A stretch of DNA of 64,000 nt from Podarcis melisellensis (Eukaryota): assembly GCA_964234715.1 (NCBI GenBank), contig OZ174286.1; one strand, given 5' to 3'. Below are positions 12,118-24,969 of this stretch, one piece after another. Both the position numbers and the translations under genes were made by a program. Positions within the stretch are counted from its first letter, which is position 1. Every line of letters starts with the position of its first letter. Below the pieces are notes generated by a model. The model worked only from the letters and a program-made list of their open reading frames with translations. It was not told the DNA's origin and did no database searches.

Positions 12118-12603
12118 CAGTAGTTTTAAACCAGTGTGCTGTGACACTCTGGGGTGCCTCAAATGATGGTCAGAGGTGCTTCAGGCAACAATGGCCTCTG
12201 CCCCTCCTCCTTTCCCTCTCTGATGCACTCTTGTCTCTGCCTCCGAAAGGCTTGCAGCAGGTCTGGCTGCAAGCTCCCCAGGTGAGTGTTGCCCCAGGTG
12301 AGTGTTGCCAGGGGATGCTTCCCAGGCCCCTGTGGGGCAGTGTGAGGAGGCACTTCTTTTGGGGGCAAGGGGGTAGCTCAGAGACCAGGGGCCACAGCTG
12401 CAACTGCCCAGAGGACTCCTAAGGGGAGGGGAAAGGAGTGGAGGAAACACTCCACAAAGCAGAGTGTTCAAAAAAAGGTGAGAAGCTGCCAGCTCTGCAG
12501 GCAAGGGGTGACGTGACTGGGCTCTTGAGTCCCACAGGGGTGCCTCAGAAAGAACCTCGTTGTGTCAATGGAGCCATGGACTCAAAAAGGTTTAAAACCT
12601 CTG
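12118..12603. mobile_element. Degraded non-autonomous hAT-type element
   Basis: Termini CAGTAGTTTTAAACC ... GGTTTAAAACCTCTG. Degenerate TSD atctagac/gtatagac. Internal 16-bp tandem repeat at 12276-12307. Confidence 0.7.
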
Positions 12604-12990
12604 GTATAGACTGACTAACCAGTTTCCTATAGAAAAAGGAAATCAAATTGTAGTGTGGCCAAAATACAGTTGCAAAGATAATAGGTGTACTTAATTAAAA
12701 AGTGAGAGAATTGGAAATAAGGCTTAAGGAAAGCTTATGGTTCTGCGAATGATTGTTGTGTTTACATAAGAGTAAAAAGCTGTTGTGAGTGGTCCACGTA
12801 GAGCCAATGAAAAGCAGTCCCAGAGAACCTAGTTCACGAACACACACAACATGAAATAAAGCAGAACAGTTAAGCAGCTGATTAGAGTAACCAGCTTGGA
12901 TTCAGTCTGTTTTGTAACTTAGCCAGTAGGAAGGCATCTATCATACATAGTTAAATAATTCTGGCATTTTCAGGGATAGTTAAAAAATGT

Positions 12991-13043
12991 AAAGGTAAAG
13001 GACCCCTGACAATTAAGCCCAGTTGCAAATGACTGGGGTTGCG
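12991..13043 (-). mobile_element. Sauria SINE 3' end fragment
   Basis: aaaggtaaaggacccctgac is the reverse complement of the tail seen at about 57620-57640. Confidence 0.6.
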
Positions 13044-14701
13044 TACACAGAATATCAAATGTTTGCACAAAGGATGGGTACCAAATTGGGCTTGAACATT
13101 TGGCCTTTCTTCGCGCCCTAAAGGTGGGTCGGAATTATGCAGTGTGTGCGTTTGTGGAAGTTTCCACATCCAAGTCTGCTTGTTTATTTACTTGTTAAGA
13201 CCATTTGTGCCCAGTCCTTCCATTGCAGTACTGAGGGCAACTTACAGAAATTGATTCAAATAGAACAGCGTTAAGACAGGCAATATTGCACAGATCAGTC
13301 CACAAAAACCCCTCTCAAAATACTGTTTGTCTGGAGGAGAGACATATGAGATGATAGGATCTCCATCCACTCTGCTGAGACACCAGCTCCATCAGGATCA
13401 TCCCTTAACAGTCATCAAGAAGATGTTCCACTGCGCTTCTACAGAGGAAGAAAACAGCTGGAGGATGTTCATTGGCTCCTCTCTTCAATGGTTTCCATTC
13501 CTGGTCAGGAAGGCATATGAGGCCTCTCTGCCTTACCCAGTTATGCACCTCTGGGTTTGGTCATTGCCTGGATGGGAGCCTACCCAACAACCATATTTTG
13601 GTTGCCTTGGATTTCAGGATAGGTGGGATATAAATGGGGAAATAAAGCATCCAGCTGGCTGCTATAATTATTTTGTAAATAAGAACTAGGAGTTTTTCCC
13701 TCTCTCCCAATCCTTGTTTTGTGATGTCTTTTAGATTGCAGGCCTGAGGGCAGGATCTATTATTGTTATTTCTAAGCTGTTTTGGAGTCTCTTTTCAGCT
13801 GAAGACCAGAGTAAAATACCTTGGATATATACATATTTCAGCCTGGTGAGTAAAACCTTTGGAATAAAAAATGTTTTCAGTAGGTGACGGACAGGAGAGA
13901 TGGAGTCAAATTAAGCCCATGGTAGGGAGAGCCAGTCTGGTGCAATTGCAAATCCCAAATCCATGATTTAGGTTTTATTAACTGTATATAACATCCCATT
14001 AAAAGGCCCAATGATTTATAATAGTCCCTCTACAACCATTGAGCCCCAGAAGAGCCTCCCCTTCAGATCTGAATGAGCCAGTAAATTCAGATGCTAACTA
14101 AGTACAAAATTAAGAATGTGACAAAACAATCAACAATGCTGAATATAAATCACGCATCTTCCATGTGCAGGCTTTAAAACACCGCAGGGTGTGTGATCTG
14201 GAGGTTTGTATAGGGAAGTCGACAAATGGGTGCTAGAGCCCTATGCCTCTAATCCACGTTCCTGCCACGATGTTAACATAACTCTTCTCCCATTACATTT
14301 GGCAGGCCTGGGGTTGTCAATCAGCTCCTATGCAGCAGAAACAATGTCAAAATTCAGATTTAAGCCCATCTGTTCACACAGGCTGTGAGCATGCCATACA
14401 TTTACAGCACATTGTCTCCATTCAAAGACTCCTGTAGTTCGATTTTAAAGTCTTGCCACTAGTGCCCAAAGGTTCAAGAAATGCAAGTCCGAAATGCTCT
14501 TAGATATGTGGAACTAGCAGGGCCAGTGCAAGACATTTTGCAGGCCACGGCGAAGGACAAAACGTTGACCCTCCCCAATTCCACATACAGAAAGCTGGAT
14601 TGGCATTTGAATAGGACTTCAATACTTGCTGCAGGTTAGCTCTCTCAAGGGTAGCTGGCTAGTTTAAAGGAAGCAGGACAGCACAGGTGGCATGCACAAT
14701 T

Positions 14702-14790
14702 CTAAGAACATAAGAGTCCTGCGGAATTAAGTCAATAGCCCATTAAGTTCAGCATCCTGTTTTCACAGTAGCCGCTTGGATGTGCCTATT
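14702..14790 (-). mobile_element. CR1-like LINE/SINE 3' end fragment
   Basis: taagaacataagag...cccattaagttcagcatcctgttttcacagtagcc. Similar decayed copies near 9476 and 19020. Confidence 0.5.
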
Positions 14791-15350
14791 GGATCTGTTC
14801 TCTGTTCTCCAAGGGGAACCTCTGGGGACTCAGGAGGAACAGCCAGCGAACAGCCGCTAACGGCTGCACCCACCCACTCCCACCTGCCACTTGAGGTTAT
14901 CTCCATATGCCTAACGGTAGGGCCAGCCCTAGGAACGATTTCTGCCATTCTCTGGGTACCAGACTCGGCATCAGTCCCATCTTTCTGTACCTCTCCCAGA
15001 AAGAACAATACAACAGGTAGCCCTGCTGCACAATCCTAAGCCAAATTTTATAGGCAGCAGGCTTTCCAAATAATGGGCCTAGTGTCCATGCTCCACACAT
15101 TGATCCAAGTGGGGCTTGGCCTCAAAGCGGCACCTGTTATACCCAGACCAGCTGTGACGGGTCATGTTTGTGCATAGCGCATTGCCAGGATGCTTCTTGC
15201 ACAGGTGCAAAAACAGGACTGACCATCCCAGGCTTTAAAGGGTGAATACACAGCACACAAAGGAGACAGGCTTGGGGTAAGCTACTCTGTATGTCTGGTT
15301 GCATGAGGAAACCCTGGAGGGGGAGCCATCACTGCCTTTTCTTGAGAGAT

Positions 15351-15495
15351 GATCACATCCGCACCATATATTCAGAGCAAATGTTAATGCATGTGGCTTC
15401 CCACAAAGAATCCTGGGAAGCTCTGAAGGGTAAACTACAGTTCCCATGATTCTTGCAGGGTGCGTGCGCTTTACATATATGGTGTGGATGAGATC
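15351..15495. mobile_element. Palindromic MITE (PIF/Harbinger-like)
   Basis: Termini GATCACATCCGCACCATATA ... TATATGGTGTGGATGAGATC. Internal inverted AAGAATCCTGGGAA / TTCCCATGATTCTT. Confidence 0.7.
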
Positions 15496-16595
15496 CCAGA
15501 AAGATGAATATCTCACAAAATCAACTACTGCTTGAGCTCATGATTTCACTTGCCTGGGTTGTTGTTGTTATAAAATGGCTGCTGCAAAAATGTGTCCCAC
15601 ATCCTTTACACAAGCTCCTGACCTAACCATTTTTTCAAATGTGGGCAGAGAGCTTTACCTCCGAAGCAGTGAGACCTCTTGATCACCATTTATTTTCTCT
15701 CTCCCATCTCCCTTCCCTTAAGCCCAGTCCTGGCTGCTGAAGCTTGATTGGGGGAGGGATGCAGGAAGAGCCTGGTCTGATGGAGAAGGACATTTGGCAG
15801 CTGTGTGGGGGATGGGAGGGCTAAGACAGCTGGGAGAGGGGTGGGGGAAGGGCAGATGGTATATCTGCATCCCCAGAGAGCCAGGCTTGCATATCTCTGA
15901 AGGTCTCCCCTCCCCACGGTGTATTATTATAAGGCTGCTCTTAGGTTACCAGGGTTAACATTCTCATCTCATCTCAAGAATAGTTTCTTCAAGCTGAAGT
16001 TCCATGGGATTAGTTTTATGGCGTGTATATATATATATATGCTGGTTTTGAAATGAGTTAACTACAAACACAGGTTTTTTGGGAGGGTCACTCATGGACA
16101 GTTAATTTCCAATTTCCAACAACAGTTATGTACAGCACAGCTCACAGAAGGAACGTCATTTTCTTCATAAGCAATGCCTTCAAACCGACAATTCAGCCAG
16201 AAGAACAACCCTTCAGAAACAAAGCGTTAAAACACAGCTGAAAATCTTACCCCTGCTTTTGGAAATTCAGTCTAACCCAAGGCTCCACCAAGTGCTTCTA
16301 ACACTTTAAAGGCAACCTGTGCATCGTTCAATTCCAACAATTGTGTATATTTTGGCTTTGCTGTTTCCATCCTTTCAGTTGCTGGCAGGGTGATGATTTT
16401 CATATTGATCCATATATATTTACCTGGTGCTATTCCCAAGTGTTTAAAGTGCTTCATATACATTTACTCAATGGTTCTGACAGTAACCTGAAAAGTAGGT
16501 CAAAATTATTATCTTCAAGGCACTGAATCTGAGACAATAGAGATTTCCTGATGTCACCAACCGACTTTCGTGGCTGCAATGAGATTTGAAATCGA

Positions 16596-16773
16596 GGCTG
16601 CATATGCACCACACATCTAAAGCATCTTCCCCAAGTGAAAAAAAAAAGGATCCTGGGAACTCTAGTTCCCCTCCCCCAGGAGCTACAATCCCCAGCACCC
16701 TTAACACTCTACAGTTGCCAGGATTCTTGGACGGTGCGGATGTGTACTTTAAATGTATGGTGGGTATGCAGCC
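16596..16773. mobile_element. Palindromic MITE (PIF/Harbinger-like)
   Basis: TIRs GGCTGCATA ... TATGCAGCC. Internal inverted arms shared with 15351-15495 and about 41881-42047. Confidence 0.75.
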
Positions 16774-18229
16774 TGAACATTTCTGGTTCACAACTCACAC
16801 GGTTAACAGCACAATATAGGGTTACAGTCTTACACCAAGGTAAGTATTCAGGATTGACATGTAAACCCTCAGCACTGTTGGACTTGCACTGTTATGCTCC
16901 ACAAGCTCTTTCTGAAAGATTTCAAATAAAACAGATAAGTCATCAAAAAGATTACAGTACACCCATTTTTATTTTTATCTACTGTGGGTTATATATAGAT
17001 ATAGATATAGATAGATATGGAATATATATAAGGAAGTGAAAAGGTCCGAATTCAGTTACTTTCCACCTCTTTTTCTGCTTATTTCAAAATTGTGAATATG
17101 AACACACTACCAATTTTTTTTTGTTTGGGAATACCCAAAGGACTCCTGTCCTTCTAAAGCCAACTTTTGCTACCATCATTGGATTATCTCCTGGATTGGC
17201 CCTAAAACAGTTTAACCAGTTTTATAGGCTTGTAAATGTCATTAAGCATCTTGGATCTTAGCATCTACTGCAGATCTCAATTTAGCCTCTGTTCAGGGGT
17301 TGACCAAAGTAAATCTGGAACAGAAGGGGTTGTGGATTTTACACATAAGACATTACCACCTGCAAATACTGTATAGCGTTTGTCTAATCGTAACAACATT
17401 AGCAACTTGCATCTTTCTCACAAGTAGGTGAGCAGGACCCTAGTTCCAATTATGTTACTTATTAAGTGTGATATTGAGTTCCATGAAATATAGTAAGAGT
17501 CAATTAAGTCCGCTGGATAGATAACCAACTTTGACTCTAGACCCAAATTAAAAAACATTCTGCATGGGTCCATTGTGTGTGGCCACAGACCAGGTACTGT
17601 ATACAACCTCCCACTCCCCATTTCTAAAGTGGGAACAACAGTGACCTATACCTACATCAAAGGGTTCTTCTGCAACAGAGATAGGAAAAGCACTTTATTT
17701 GTATGATGTCAAATTATGAAACCTGTAAACCTGCATCTACAGTTACAAGAACAGTCCATATGTCCCTGGACTGGGGGTCTGAAATTCAGCCTACGCAGAC
17801 CAAAATTCCCACAATGCATATTTAGGGTGGCATTATTTCACGCACTTGCCCTAGCAGTGATCAAGTTCATCAGATATTTAAAATGTAATAGCTTCTATTC
17901 CATTGTGGGTGTTTTTCTCCTTATGGAAGAAATGTGATTGCTTGTTTGGTGGAAACGGCTAAATTTACTCCTTGCTATAGTAAATATGTATTTCCATTCA
18001 GGTTTGCCATTATGCCATTACAGAAGCTGACAATGGCAGGCACTTCAAATGTAAACTGAGCTACTTCTCAAAATCAGCCTCTCTCCTCTGCTTACTTGTT
18101 ATTACTGCAGGATTAACTTGCAGGTAGTGTCGCCACCGATTATTACGACTATGAATTCTCCAGGATCACTATGGAAACATTTTTGGGCAATAGCCAACGT
18201 TTGTCATACTCAGACCACCCATTAAAATA

Positions 18230-18442
18230 AATACTGGGGAACTCCCTCCCCATGAATATTAGATAGGCAGCCTCTCCTGTCTTTTCAACACCTCCTGAAG
18301 ATGTACCTCCTTCAACACGGCTTCTTTGCAGAGATCTTTTCCAGTCTGGATTTGTACTGAATTGTTTTTAAGATGTTCTTATTGTTTTATCACTTGTTTG
18401 CTGCTCTACGTTTTGGAAGAGGATATAAATTTAAAATAATTA
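18230..18442 (+). mobile_element. Degraded L2-like LINE 3' end
   Basis: ggaactccctcccc...cctgaagatgtacctccttcaacacggctt followed by a T-rich 3'UTR ending aggatataaattt. Confidence 0.5.
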
Positions 18443-21400
18443 AGCCCCATTTATTTCATTGAGCATATTATCAAGTATGGTATAATGGTTGGCCATCGCT
18501 CTTTGTTATCTTGAGGAAATGAGCGAGGGTCGTGGACTTTTGACAATTTTCAGCATGCCACAGTATCAGTCTTTAATAAATATAATTCAGATATAGTTCA
18601 CTGGTGTTCTGTTTTAAACATTGCAACAGAAAGAGAACATTTCTTGTCCAGCTAGAAGCATAACAATGGACACAGAAAAAGAAGATAATGTTGTAATAAC
18701 TTTTGAGGAAAGGCATTACACACATGTACTGGTCTATTCAGGGGGGAAACTAACCAGGGACCATAAAACAGGGGTGGTTACCATCTATTTTGAATGGTCT
18801 ACTTTAAACAGATGTATATATTTAAAGCATTTTTAAAAAGTTGAAGTATTTATGTACTGCCCTTCATCTTACTAGAGTTCAGAGTAGTTTAGAATGGAAA
18901 TAAATATGTAACAATGCGCAACCAACGTTTTAAATATTCAAACCTAGAGAGCATACTCAGCATCTCTCAGTAGTTATGACATAACTAGTCTGTGTTAAAT
19001 AGCCCTGAGCACTTGCTTTAAAGAATATGAGGACTGCCTTTTCCGGATCAAGGTCCACCGAATCCAACTCTTTGCAAGAATCCGAGTGACCAGTCGGCAT
19101 TTGTGGACACTGTCTGAGTTCTACTTACGCCTTCCATAAAACACCCCCTTTATTGGGGCTAACAAAAATCTTTACAGGGCTTTCTCCATTACCACCATGA
19201 CATTACTTCAGGCATAGCTTGACACTGCTTCCTCTCAGAAACACATTTTTCTCCCTTTTTTCTGATAGGAAAATGCAACATTTAGTTTGTGGAAGATGTT
19301 TTGGTAACTCAAACAAACAAACAAACAAACAAAAACTGGTGCTAAATAAGACATCAGTTTACTCTCCTGGTATGCAAGTACCTTGAACTGCAAGATCCTC
19401 AGAGGTTAGTACTGCTATCTGAACTTTTCAAATGTTTGTCATTTTGTAACGAACGTGTACACAACTAAACGACAACAACAGCTTCACACAGGTTGCAAAA
19501 ACAAACAAAACCCCAACCCCCCATGTGTTTATATATCTCTAATGCAGGATAAAACCTCATGCATCTGATGTACAAACAGGACTCTGGCTTATAGCATGAC
19601 CATCTGTTAGCCCCCAAGGTGCCACAACTCTTGGCTGTTTAAGACAAATCACATTTCTATGCTCTTGCTAGTCTGGATTTTACATGACGAAGTCAGTGCT
19701 TAATATTTACACCGCATTTGTGTTCTACTTGGTGAAAGCTTCATGGTTAAATTTCAGAAAAGTGGAACATCTCCCAAGAACTATAAAAGTTGGATGTGAG
19801 AAGTCTATTTACAGAGATAATTCTATTTGTTCCAGTACCAATAATCTGCTATCCCCTGTCACCACTCCATCGCTATAAACACATGAGCTTTGAAAACTTG
19901 AGATAACTAGTTCTCTCTGGCAAAGGAAAGTGAGGGAGAAAAAGTAGATGGATAATTAAAGCTGTAAACTTTTTATGAGCTTTAAAGTTACATGGGAGGT
20001 AGATACCCAACATGTGCAACTTTCCCAGTTCTTCATACTGGTAAACACTTAAAACTTTGCCTGCTTCTGATTTAAATTCTCATTCTGAGCATTGCCCAGA
20101 AAAATTAGAGAGACCTATATTTGATTTAGAAGAAATTGCCAGCAAAACTTTGCCTAGCACATTAAATGTGCACTTTTCAAGAATATTCTCACTGATTCCT
20201 CCTAGCTAATAACTGATGCTTGTTTTGATTTAAAATAAAATAGTAAAGGTATTCTAGTATACCCTTGTCCCCCATACCTCGTGTCTTACATGAACTCATA
20301 CCTGAAGACTGCAATAGAAATTCCACTCAAAGATGGAGCAATTCAAAACAGAAATGTTTTAACATTTCAGCCATCTGAAATTAATAGCTTTGTTTCTTTG
20401 TATTATCTCATCTGCCCTTCTCTTCTTAAGGCTGTAAATTGAAGTCTTGATGCACTTGCAATAAACTAATTTTATTGTAGCCTTTGTAACTTTTCCTCTT
20501 GGATATTTTAACCACTGGTTTTGATTAGTCTGGAGGGGGAGGGTTCTTTTTTCACCAGTTTCAAAATCATCATTTCAGAGGAGAGGAATGATTCTGCACT
20601 GCCAGTGTGTGTATGTGTGTGACATGTTTTAAGACTGAAGAATGCAGCAAAAATGCCTGCACTCAATGTTAGATACCACCCGTACTAGAACACCTATGCA
20701 AACAGGATGTTTGGGGAAACAAACTTAAATTGTACAAATAAAGAAAGCAGATCTTCCTCCCAGGGATTTCTCAAAAAGTGTATTTATTATTATTATTTTA
20801 TTCCAATGCATATACCAGAGTTTTAGAAAAAGTTAGATGTAGCAGGTAAAGTGGATTTTTACTTTCCCTTAACTGCTAGTAGGATACTCTTGTTTGCTCA
20901 TAGGTTGCTGCTTTTCCACAGGTCTGATGCAACAAAACTTCAGTTTCCCTCTGCCCTCAGTGACCTCTACTGTGGAACTTTGTTAACCTGCATTCTCAGA
21001 AGTTACTACCCATGTGTTTGAAGGAGAGTATTCTTCTACAACATCCAGCTCATAACAAATGAATGCGACCACTGCTTTGTCTAGGATAGTTGAAATTTAA
21101 TTTAGCTAAATCAACTACAGTACTGAAACTTATTTTCCTGCAATGTTGTGTGTTGCTACTGCTGTTTCCCAGCTGTAGGTTTACTGATATTGCACTAATA
21201 ATTCTTTTTTTTAAAAAAAATTAAAAGCTGTGGCGTGCAGCAGTAGGATTTATTTCAATTAAAAAGGTTTTCATGAAATAGATACCAGTGCCAAGGAACC
21301 TATTACATTGCCCTATAGATAATAATCTACAACAAATTTAGAACCAAAAATTGGTTGATTTGGAAACAGAACTATTGGAGGGAGCATTCATCTGTGAAAT

Positions 21401-21644
21401 GTATCACACTGAAGTGCTATAAGATGCTTGTCAAGAATGGAGTAGTCTGAAGCTCTAGGGAGTAAAAACTTACTGACTGAAAGATACCTCCCCAACTATT
21501 ATTTTTCAGGGAGTTCAAATTACTTGGGCCTGAGTTACAGCCAAGTAATATTTTACAACATGTGATAACCTAAGTAAACTGATACCTATCTGCTTAACTC
21601 TTGAATTGCCAGGTTCAAGGTTAACAGAAATGTATAATCATTAC

Positions 21645-23430
21645 GGTTTCCACCCCAAACCCCTTACTTACTTGGAAGTAAACCTCACTGAATACAATAG
21701 CACTGACTTCCAAGTAGACATGGTTGGGATTGCAGCTGAAATAATCTTCCTACCCACTATTTTTATACTACTTACTTTATATTTTGTATATGAATTGCTT
21801 CAGAACTAGCAAATGAACTAGGGGGGACGACCAAATCACAGATTTACTAGGTAAAAATAATATACCTTATACTAAACTATTTTCAAGCACGTTTCCAGGT
21901 TCTAATTTCCAGGTTCAAATGAACAAATTGAGTAGAGAACTAGATAATATTTAAATTCACAAATTGCTTTGTAATTTTGCAAAGTATAAACACAGCAGCT
22001 TATAATAAAGACTGAATTCATCTGACAATGTATTTAGTATAGTTTTTCATGAGAGAATGTGTAGAAATGTCTGGCTACAAAAACAGACAGAACACAAAAG
22101 AACTGCTTTGCTTCATATATATCAATATATTCCTGAATATCATATAGTGGTTTGGATCCAGACTAAGGATTCAATCTGATACACACCAACCTAGAAGAAA
22201 GTTCCACTGACCACATGGAACATACTTCTGAGTAGGTATGCAAAGGACTGTGCTGTAAATTAGCTGTAGCTAATTCCCATTAGGGTAGTCAGGTGAACAA
22301 AACAAAACAGGACTCCTATACCTTTAATAGTTATCAAGAAGAGGGAACATCATCAGGTGTAGCTTCTATACAACTATAAAATATATTAGAGCCTTGTCCT
22401 CTTTTTTTTAACTGACCGCCTTGGCTCCACTGAAATAAATGGGACTTAGTCATGACCAACTGTTCACATTAATTCTACAGCACAATCATATGCATTTCTA
22501 CTCAGAAGTAAGTACTACTAAGTTCAGTGGGACTTACTGAAGAGTTTATAGGATTGCATCCCTACTCTGGATCCAGATTAATGGCACAATCTTAACCATG
22601 TATGCTCAGAAGTCAGTCCTTCTGAATTCAGGACTGTTTACTCCCAGGTATGTGGGTTTGGGGTTCTTGCCTAAGTGGATCTTAGTCTCTTAAAGTCTGC
22701 AGTCCTAGATATACTTATTTGCAAGCATATCTCACAGAAATCAGGGGTTCTTGTTTCCAAGTAAATAAGCTTTGGGCTGCAAGAGAAAATGCCAGCATAA
22801 CAAATATTAGCAAATTGTGCAACTATAAATTATTACTAAACCTCATCATTCAAGGTATTTCTCCCATTTTGTCGTTCTTATGAAATGTTTTAGAAAGGAA
22901 TTTAATAGTGTTAAACTATTTTGAAATTTTAACAAAATTACTAGTATTACCTGAGTATTGCTTTGGAAGCATAAGGAATCCATTTTATCCTTCTTATTCC
23001 TGAAATGTAAAAATATTTGCCGCAGGTATGTTGATTCTAAGAAAAGTGAAGCAACTGAGAATCAAACACTAAAAGTAGTTTATGAATCTAGAACAAATCC
23101 TAGCAAGTTATTAAACAAATATTTAGGCTCAAACCCCAACACACACATACTTGGGAATAAGCCTCACTAAACACAGTGCACATAATTAATTATATTTCAC
23201 AGCTGCAGCCCTAAAATTACCCACATAAAACCAATCAATGGTATTCACTCCCATTTTTTAAAGACTGGTAGTGAGGCTGTCCATCAGCTAGCTACTTATG
23301 ATGCTGAATGATGCATGGAATATCAAAATAATTTAATAATCATGATTAACTACAGGGGGATTTCATACTTTGAATTAAATCCATTGAAATCAATGAGACT
23401 TACTCCCAGTTAAACAAGAATAGGACTACC
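21645..23430. repeat. Cluster of about 85-90 bp palindromic MITEs, partly nested
   Basis: Repeated units resembling GCACAATCCTA...TACTCAGAAGTAAGTCCC..TGAA.TCAGTGGGACTTAC...TAGGATTGCAGC at about 21645-21737, 22167-22254, 22478-22562, 22583-22671 and 22694-22782, with partial copies near 23096 and 23350. Confidence 0.7.
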
Positions 23431-24969
23431 GTTTATATAATCCACCCCCTTTGCAAAACTTTTATTTTATTCAAATGATAATCAAAATCTTAAACCAAGT
23501 GAGATTAACCCAGGCATCTGGAGTGCCTGCAGCACCTATGAAAATATTAGTGGGGTAGCATTCCTAATTCACAAACACCCATCTAAATCCTACACATATT
23601 AAAAGCTATACAAAACAATTACTATTCTTATATCATATTTGCTAATCTTCTTAATTCTTATATAGTAGTACAAGACATATTTTTGTTTCATCCTGCAAAC
23701 TGTTAACATACATTTTGCTTCAAATTTCATATATATTTATGTCACATTGCTTAATCTTTCAGGACTATTTGTTTTTCGTTTGTAGCATGTGTGAATCCAA
23801 TGCAGACATGCAAACAATACTTATTTCAAACATTTTTAGCCACTTAATTGCAAAACTCAGCAGTAAATCAGTGGACAAATTGTGGATATTGTTGCATGTT
23901 GTGGCTTTCCTGCTAACCGAATACAATATTGTTTACACACTTGAAAGTACTGTACAGTATAGATTATACTAATTCCTATAAATTGCTTGCAATGTTATGT
24001 TAAAAACACAGATGAGCAGTTGAGCTACAATAAACCATGTAAGCAGACAAGTTAGTAATTAATTTCTATAGTGAAAAAAAATCTGGTTACTTCTGAATTT
24101 GTTATGCTAAGGAAATTAGTTACTCCCTTTATATAACTCCAGATTAAAAAAAATACATGGAACAGAAGAATGCAAACAAACATCCAATATATTAGATAAC
24201 AAGTGATAACTATTCCATTGAATTTACCATGTGTTATGTTTATTTTGACCCCAACTGGTAGCACTTAAGAACCAAGCTTGTCACCTCTCTTTCTGGCAGG
24301 TTCTCTGCATGGTCCTTTTCATCATTGTGAAGACTTCCCTGGTGTAGACATGCATCCAAGGACAGCCTTTCTTTCACCTGCTCAACTGTTTCCTTCTCAT
24401 GCAGCTATTTAAATCTACAGAACCCCTGGCTGACAAGAAAGGTGCTAGCATGTACTCTGCATTATCAAGCTGCTGCAGAAATTTAGCAGCAGCACACTAC
24501 TGGAGGGAACTTTTAAGCTTCCACAGCTAACAATGAGACTCTTCTTTAAATACTAATTTTTTAAAAGGCTGCCGAGTAGTTTTGCCTCCTTTCCTTGGAT
24601 CCTCCAGAAAACTGCAGTGCACAGGAAGAACGAGCCGTTCACCTCTCCTGAGCCTTTAAGTGGTCTGTTGTTATTCCTTAAAGTGTTACCACCAGGCACA
24701 TTTCACTGGAAGACTCTGCACCTTTAAACATTTCAGCAACAAACAGTGCAGCTTCCATTCGAAAAAGTGGCAACTGTCAGTGGGGAAAAAGACAACCATT
24801 GTGGGCGTTTCCTCGTTGCATATTAGGCAATATCCCAGGCTCCCAAACGAGTTAAGGAAAGCCACAAGGCCAGCTTATAACCCAATTCCCTCCCCACCCA
24901 ATTCGAATACTAAAAGCGATGTACAATTCGGAATACTTAAAATACCCAACGAACCATCCAAAATTGCAA

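Noticed and set aside
21645-23430. CRISPR-like array of palindromic repeats
   Set aside because: Eukaryotic context, diverged units of about 85 bp, irregular spacing and dispersed copies elsewhere. These are MITEs.
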